From positions 105,152,001 through 105,216,000 of the forward strand of contig OZ024741.1 of the NCBI GenBank assembly GCA_964016885.1: DNA of 64,000 bases, read 5' to 3'. Below are positions 56,701-64,000 of the stretch, in pieces. A program made the position numbers and the translations under genes. Every line of letters begins with the position of its first letter. Position 1 is the stretch's first letter. The notes below the pieces were generated by a model. It did not search any database. It was not told the DNA's origin and saw only the letters and a program-made list of their open reading frames with translations. This DNA is from Eledone cirrhosa (lineage: Eukaryota).

Positions 56701-58160
56701 GTACTTGAACAGCTCTCTATCTAAAATCTGTAATCTCTGCCTAAATGAAAAATGTACCATTATCTCTAACCTAGAATCCATAATAAATAGACGCTCGGAT
56801 TTGTTTTCTATCTGCCTGCATAAATTCCATAGAACTTTTCACAAAGTATACAGTTAATATTCAATTCTTTATCAATTTAGAATCTTTTCTCAAAGGCACA
56901 TATACATACACCTCTTTAAAATATACCCATCTACCTTACTTTAAAGGGCATCATACACTCTATAATACTCGTTTACTCATTACCCTCATTCTATCTTCTC
57001 GTAAAACAATAACATTTGTTTTTGACATTTTGAATATTCATCCGCAATCATTATTATTTTTCTCTCTATCATAAATCTTTTTAATCTCAATTTCATCCTT
57101 AATTTATTATTATATATTTTTTTAAATATATACTCATATATTCTTTAAAATATACCCATCTACCTTACTTTAAAGGGCATTATACACTCTATAATACTCG
57201 TTTACTCATTACCCTCATTCTATCTCCTCGTAAAACAATAACATTTGTTTTTGACATTTTGAGTATTCATCCGCAATCATTATTATTTTTTCTCTCTATC
57301 ATAAATCTTTTTAATCTCAATTTCATCCTTAATTTATTATTATATTTTTTTCTCCCCATCAACGAACTCATTATTAATACATATGAATTCAATATACAAA
57401 CTTTAACTTCACATTATTTTTCTCAAATCCTTCTACACATAACTTTTTCTCTTTGCTAATTTTAAAATTCCTACATTTCTTCTTTTGACGTTAGAATATT
57501 CACCCACAATTATTATTTTTTTCTCTCTATCTTCATACATAATTTCCCTTCATTAATTTCAAATTCCTTTAATTTATACATTATCTTCCAACGGTTCCCA
57601 ACCTCTCTATATTAAAACATTATATCTTTTTCTCAGTTATAAAAACTATCTCTTTCTCTCTATCACCCATCTCTCCCTTTCCACCTTCACTCTCATCTCC
57701 TCCCCTTTTTTTCATCCTTTCCAACCCCCCCCCCCCTCCCTAAATATAATATATTTTTTCCTCGCACATATCCTCCCTTCGTTAATTTTCAAAATTTTTA
57801 ATTTATACAGTATCTTCCAACGGTTTTCAACCCCTCTATATAAAATATATCTCCTCTCAGTTATAAAAACTATCTCTTTCTCTCTATCACCCATCTCTCC
57901 CTCTCATCTCCTTCCCTTTTCATCCTTTCTCTCCCACCCTCTCTAAATAAAATATTTTTCCCAATATCACACATCAATCTAAAACCACTTTTCATATGTT
58001 GATTTAAAACTGCACTATCAACAAGTGTTTTTTTTAGCCTTCATATCATGTTCTCCTGTTTTATCTGATGAAAACACAAATATTATTGTTTGATGATGTT
58101 TGTTTTTGAAATGCGCATAATAAAATATATTGAACTCCTTTAACCATCTTTTGATCTTAT
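53749..58160. mobile_element. 4.4-kb palindromic Naiad-like PLE insertion (two head-to-head copies of EN plus 3'UTR/pLTR)
   Basis: Arms ~53843-55993 and 56005-58160 with an 11-nt spacer; both start at (IWYN)APFS; CNCR, CPL...CL, YFGST, CNLCLNEK, INRRSD...CLH; HHR TTTTAT-CTGATGA(58065)...GAAA-TGCGCA-TA|ATAAAA and antisense core at 53928-53934. Confidence 0.9.
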
Positions 58161-58293
58161 ATTATATATAATATATATATATATATAATATATATATATA
58201 TATATAATATTATATATATATATGTAATATATATATGTAATATATATATATATTATATATATATTTATAAAATATATATATATATATATTATA

Positions 58294-58332
<39 letters not shown>

Positions 58333-58359
58333 ATATATATATATATATATATATACATA

Positions 58360-58490
<131 letters not shown>

Positions 58491-58502
58491 TATATATACA
58501 TA

Positions 58503-58596
<94 letters not shown>

Positions 58597-58604
58597 ATAT
58601 ATAT

Positions 58605-58746
<142 letters not shown>

Positions 58747-58989
58747 ATATATTATATATATATATATATTATATATATATATATATATAAATATTATATA
58801 TATATATATATTATATATATACATTATATATATATATATATATAAATATTATATATATATATATATTATATATATATATATATATAAATATTATATATAT
58901 ATATATATTATATATATACATTATATATATATATATATATAAATATTATATATATATATTATATATATATATTATATATATATATATAT

Positions 58990-59021
<32 letters not shown>

Positions 59022-59237
59022 GTATATATTATATATATATGTATATATATTATATATATATGTATATATATTATATATATATGTATATATTATATATATA
59101 TGTATATATTATATATATATGTATATATATTATATATATATGTATATATATTATATATATATATATATATTATATATATATGTATATATATTATATATAT
59201 ATATATATTATATATATATATATATTATATATATGTA

Positions 59238-59311
<74 letters not shown>

Positions 59312-60393
59312 TATATATTATATATATATATCTATATCTATATATATCTATATATATATGAATTATAAGAATCAAAGAACTGTTCAAAACATTTTCATGC
59401 TTACAACTGTTTCCTCCAAACCGAGGTTTGATTCTTCGGAGCAATTTATTATTGAATGAACACTTATATGACCTCCTTTTCACCCAAGAGACATACAGAT
59501 ACATATGCAAATATTGTGGGTCAACATTCATTACAGCATTTAGTGTGGCAGTACACATTTAGAGATTTCATTCATATTAGAAGATACAATCAAAAATACA
59601 GATTAAAATACAACATGAAATTAAGCGGTTATAGAGTGCAATGGTTATATGTGTGGCAAGCACGTGCGTCTTGTTTATATAGTGTGGCAGAGAGTTACGT
59701 GTAATAGAAGCACTTAAGCAGGTAATCAAGAGTGTTAAAGGGGTTGATCTGGTAATGAATTCCTTATATGATTGTTATAGCCTGTGTGTGGAGAAATAAT
59801 ATATGTATTAAAAATAATGTAAGCATTAAAAATATTGGAAATGCGTAGCGAAGCGATGATATGGATTTCATGCACTGCGACATTTTCATAGTCTGGGGAG
59901 CGTATTTTTCAGATTATATGCCGCTCACATAATTCACGACGATTCGATATTGGGCGTTTGACAATCCAGTTAGAGAATCGTAGTCTGATGTTCTTTAGCT
60001 CAATACAGGAGGATGTTACGTTGCGAGAATCGACATCTAAATATTACCCGGAAGTGTGTGTGTGGCTAAGGGGAGTTAATGCATGAGGGAGGTAACTCAG
60101 TGGTTTCTATTACTAACTATTAAATTGTGTCTCAAAATATTCCCTAACTTATATGGTTATGCGCAGTTTGTAAAAAATTTCTAAAAATTTAAAGTGTTTT
60201 AACTATAAAGTAGTCTATTAAGCTGTGCTGAAGGTGTTCTTTTTATGGTGATTAACCTCCATCGTAGAGAGCCACAAATGAATATTATACACGACGAGCG
60301 AGATTTCTAAATTAATGATCACTGTGATTGTAGTCTACTCAAAAATATAATATATATATATTATATATATATATATTTATATATATATATTAA

Positions 60394-60424
<31 letters not shown>

Positions 60425-60445
60425 ATTAAATATATATATATATAT

Positions 60446-60477
<32 letters not shown>

Positions 60478-60485
60478 ATATATAT

Positions 60486-60575
<90 letters not shown>

Positions 60576-60632
60576 ATTATATATATATATATTATATATA
60601 TATATATATTATATATATATATATATATAATA

Positions 60633-60670
<38 letters not shown>

Positions 60671-60810
60671 TATATAAAATATATATATATTATATATATA
60701 TATATTATATATATATATTATATATATATATTATATATATATATTATATATATATATATATTATATATATCATATATATCATATATATTATATATATATA
60801 TATTATATAT

Positions 60811-60854
<44 letters not shown>

Positions 60855-60856
60855 TA

Positions 60857-61046
<190 letters not shown>

Positions 61047-61071
61047 ATATATATATTATATATATATATAT

Positions 61072-61135
<64 letters not shown>

Positions 61136-61163
61136 ATATATATATATATATTATATATATATA

Positions 61164-61208
<45 letters not shown>

Positions 61209-61259
61209 ATATATTATATATATATATATATATATATGATATATATATATATATATATG

Positions 61260-61290
<31 letters not shown>

Positions 61291-61378
61291 ATATATATAA
61301 TATATATATATATATTATATATATATATATATTATATATATATATATATATAATATATATATATATATTATATATATA

Positions 61379-61419
<41 letters not shown>

Positions 61420-61492
61420 TATATATATATATTATATATATATATATATATTATATATATATATATATAATATATATATATATATATAATAT

Positions 61493-61535
<43 letters not shown>

Positions 61536-61543
61536 TATAATAT

Positions 61544-61575
<32 letters not shown>

Positions 61576-61588
61576 ATATATATATATA

Positions 61589-61633
<45 letters not shown>

Positions 61634-61698
61634 TATATATATTATATAATATATATATATTATATGTATATATATATTATATATATATATATATATGT

Positions 61699-61730
<32 letters not shown>

Positions 61731-61755
61731 ATTATATATATATATGTATATATTA

Positions 61756-61829
<74 letters not shown>

Positions 61830-62103
61830 TATTTATATATATATATATATATTATATATATTATATATATATATTATATATGTTATATATATATATATAT
61901 ATATTATATATATTATATATATATATATATATTATATATATATACATATATATATTATATATATATATATTAATATATTATATATATATATTATATATAT
62001 ATATATATATATTATATATACTCTTTTACTCTTTTACCTGTTTCAGCCATCCGGCTGAGCCATGCTGGGGCACCGCCCATATATATTATATATATATATA
62101 TAT

Positions 62104-62135
<32 letters not shown>

Positions 62136-62147
62136 ATATTATATATA

Positions 62148-62228
<81 letters not shown>

Positions 62229-62265
62229 ATGTATTATATGTATATATATATTATGCATATATATA

Positions 62266-62305
<40 letters not shown>

Positions 62306-62378
62306 CATATATATATATTATATATATACATATATATTATATATATACATATATATTATATATATTATATATATATAT

Positions 62379-62412
<34 letters not shown>

Positions 62413-62420
62413 ATACATTA

Positions 62421-62499
<79 letters not shown>

Positions 62500-62537
62500 C
62501 ATATATATAGAGATTATATATATTATATATATATATA

Positions 62538-62869
62538 AAGACCCAATGGAGACTACTCCAGAGAGCGCGATCATACACGGAAGGCCATAATTGCTGTGAC
62601 CTCTGTATCTCCGAGAGCTATGAGATTCTATTCGCCAAAGGCCCTCTCCTCAACAAGATCTCGGAACACTCCCCTAATTGCATGCACAAGAACTATGCAA
62701 ATTACAAAAACTACAGACTATATATATATATGTGTGTGTATGTGTATGCGTGTGTGTGTGTATATTTGTGTGTTTGTGTTTTTCCTGTGTATATATGTAT
62801 ATATGTGTATGTATGTGTGTGTGTGTGTGTATATGTATGTGTGTGTGTGTGTATGTGTATGCGCACACA

Positions 62870-62939
<70 letters not shown>

Positions 62940-63635
62940 ATGTGTGTGTGAGTGTGTAGGTGTGCACACACACACACATATGTATGTGTGTGTGTGTATA
63001 TATATGTAAGTATATATGTATGTGTGTGTGTAAGTGTTTTGTATGTGGTTGTGAGTATGTAAATATATTTATTCTTTCCATCCTACAAAAACACTCTGGC
63101 CACCTGTGGCTTGTATGTTAACTTGACCACTCACCCCAGTCTGTGCCATGATTCGGTCTTGTTAAATGTTTAATTTCTATTACCAACCCACCTAAAAAAT
63201 TTCCCTACTATATATCTGTTGAATTACTATTCTTGGGGTTTTTATTATTTATTTTTTATTTATTTCTTTATTTATTTATTTATTTATTCATTTATCTATT
63301 TATTTATTCATTTATTTATTTATTTACTTATTTATTTATTTCAAAAAGCACTCTGGCTAATTGACCACTCCCCATAGAAAAAACGGCCTGTGCCATCAAG
63401 TGGTCCTGTGTATCTAAATACCATCCCCCCCCCCCCATCCCCACCCCTCCTTGCCACTACCTAAATGTATAAATACCAGAACTTAATATGACACCCAGCT
63501 TCCTGAAGATTTCATCTGAATGAAACAGTACTAGTCCTGTAGAAGCTCCTTCTATAAAATAAAAAAATTTTACTCTGCCATGTATTGAGTACCTTACTTA
63601 CTGAGGTTATCCCCGACTCAACCCGGGACCTACGT
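62538..63635 (+). mobile_element. 5'-truncated Naiad-like PLE 3' end (EN C-terminus, UTR, HHR, tail)
   Basis: Manual translation from ~62547: QWRLLQRARSYTEGHNCCDLCISESYEILFAKGPLLNKISEHSPNCMHK; tail also found at ~13135-13205 and 4500-4555. Confidence 0.85.
63497..63547 (+). ncRNA. Type I hammerhead ribozyme with monomer-competent stem III
   Basis: AGCTTC-CTGAAGA(63503)-tTTCA-tc-TGAAt-GAAA-CAG-tactagtc-CTG-TA|GAAGCT; all three helices pair. Confidence 0.88.
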
Positions 63636-63722
<87 letters not shown>

Positions 63723-63756
63723 ATATATTATATATATATATATATATTATATATAT

Positions 63757-63835
<79 letters not shown>

Positions 63836-63875
63836 GATATATATATATTATATATATATATATTATATAGATATA

Positions 63876-63918
<43 letters not shown>

Positions 63919-64000
63919 ATTATATATATATTATATATATATATTATATATATATATATATTATATATATATATTATATATATATATTATATATATATAT

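Overview
AT-rich, gene-free metazoan window; the SINE families and microsatellite style suggest an Octopus genome (inference). No host protein-coding gene is supported, and nearly all listed ORFs are translations of (TA)n, (CA)n or trinucleotide repeats. The (TA)n fields are a nested landing pad for Penelope-like retroelements (PLEs: RT plus C-terminal GIY-YIG, mostly Naiad-like, some Penelope/Poseidon-like), most with a hammerhead ribozyme (HHR) in the pLTR and a 5' inverted copy. About 30 HHR or HHR-like cores can be read by eye. The most notable elements are two non-coding, highly structured, HHR-bearing repeat families with 310-bp and ~467-bp monomers (retrozyme-like). They sit as head-to-head multimeric arrays anchored in (TA)n, and the two 310-bp arrays have identical ends. 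Also present: tRNA-derived SINEs, a non-autonomous Helitron, a Tigger-like MITE, decayed R4/Dong-like and L1/Tx1-like LINEs, and a ~11-12 kb near-identical duplication across a 200-N gap whose two copies differ by presence/absence of PLE and SINE insertions. Coordinates were read by eye and boundaries are approximate.
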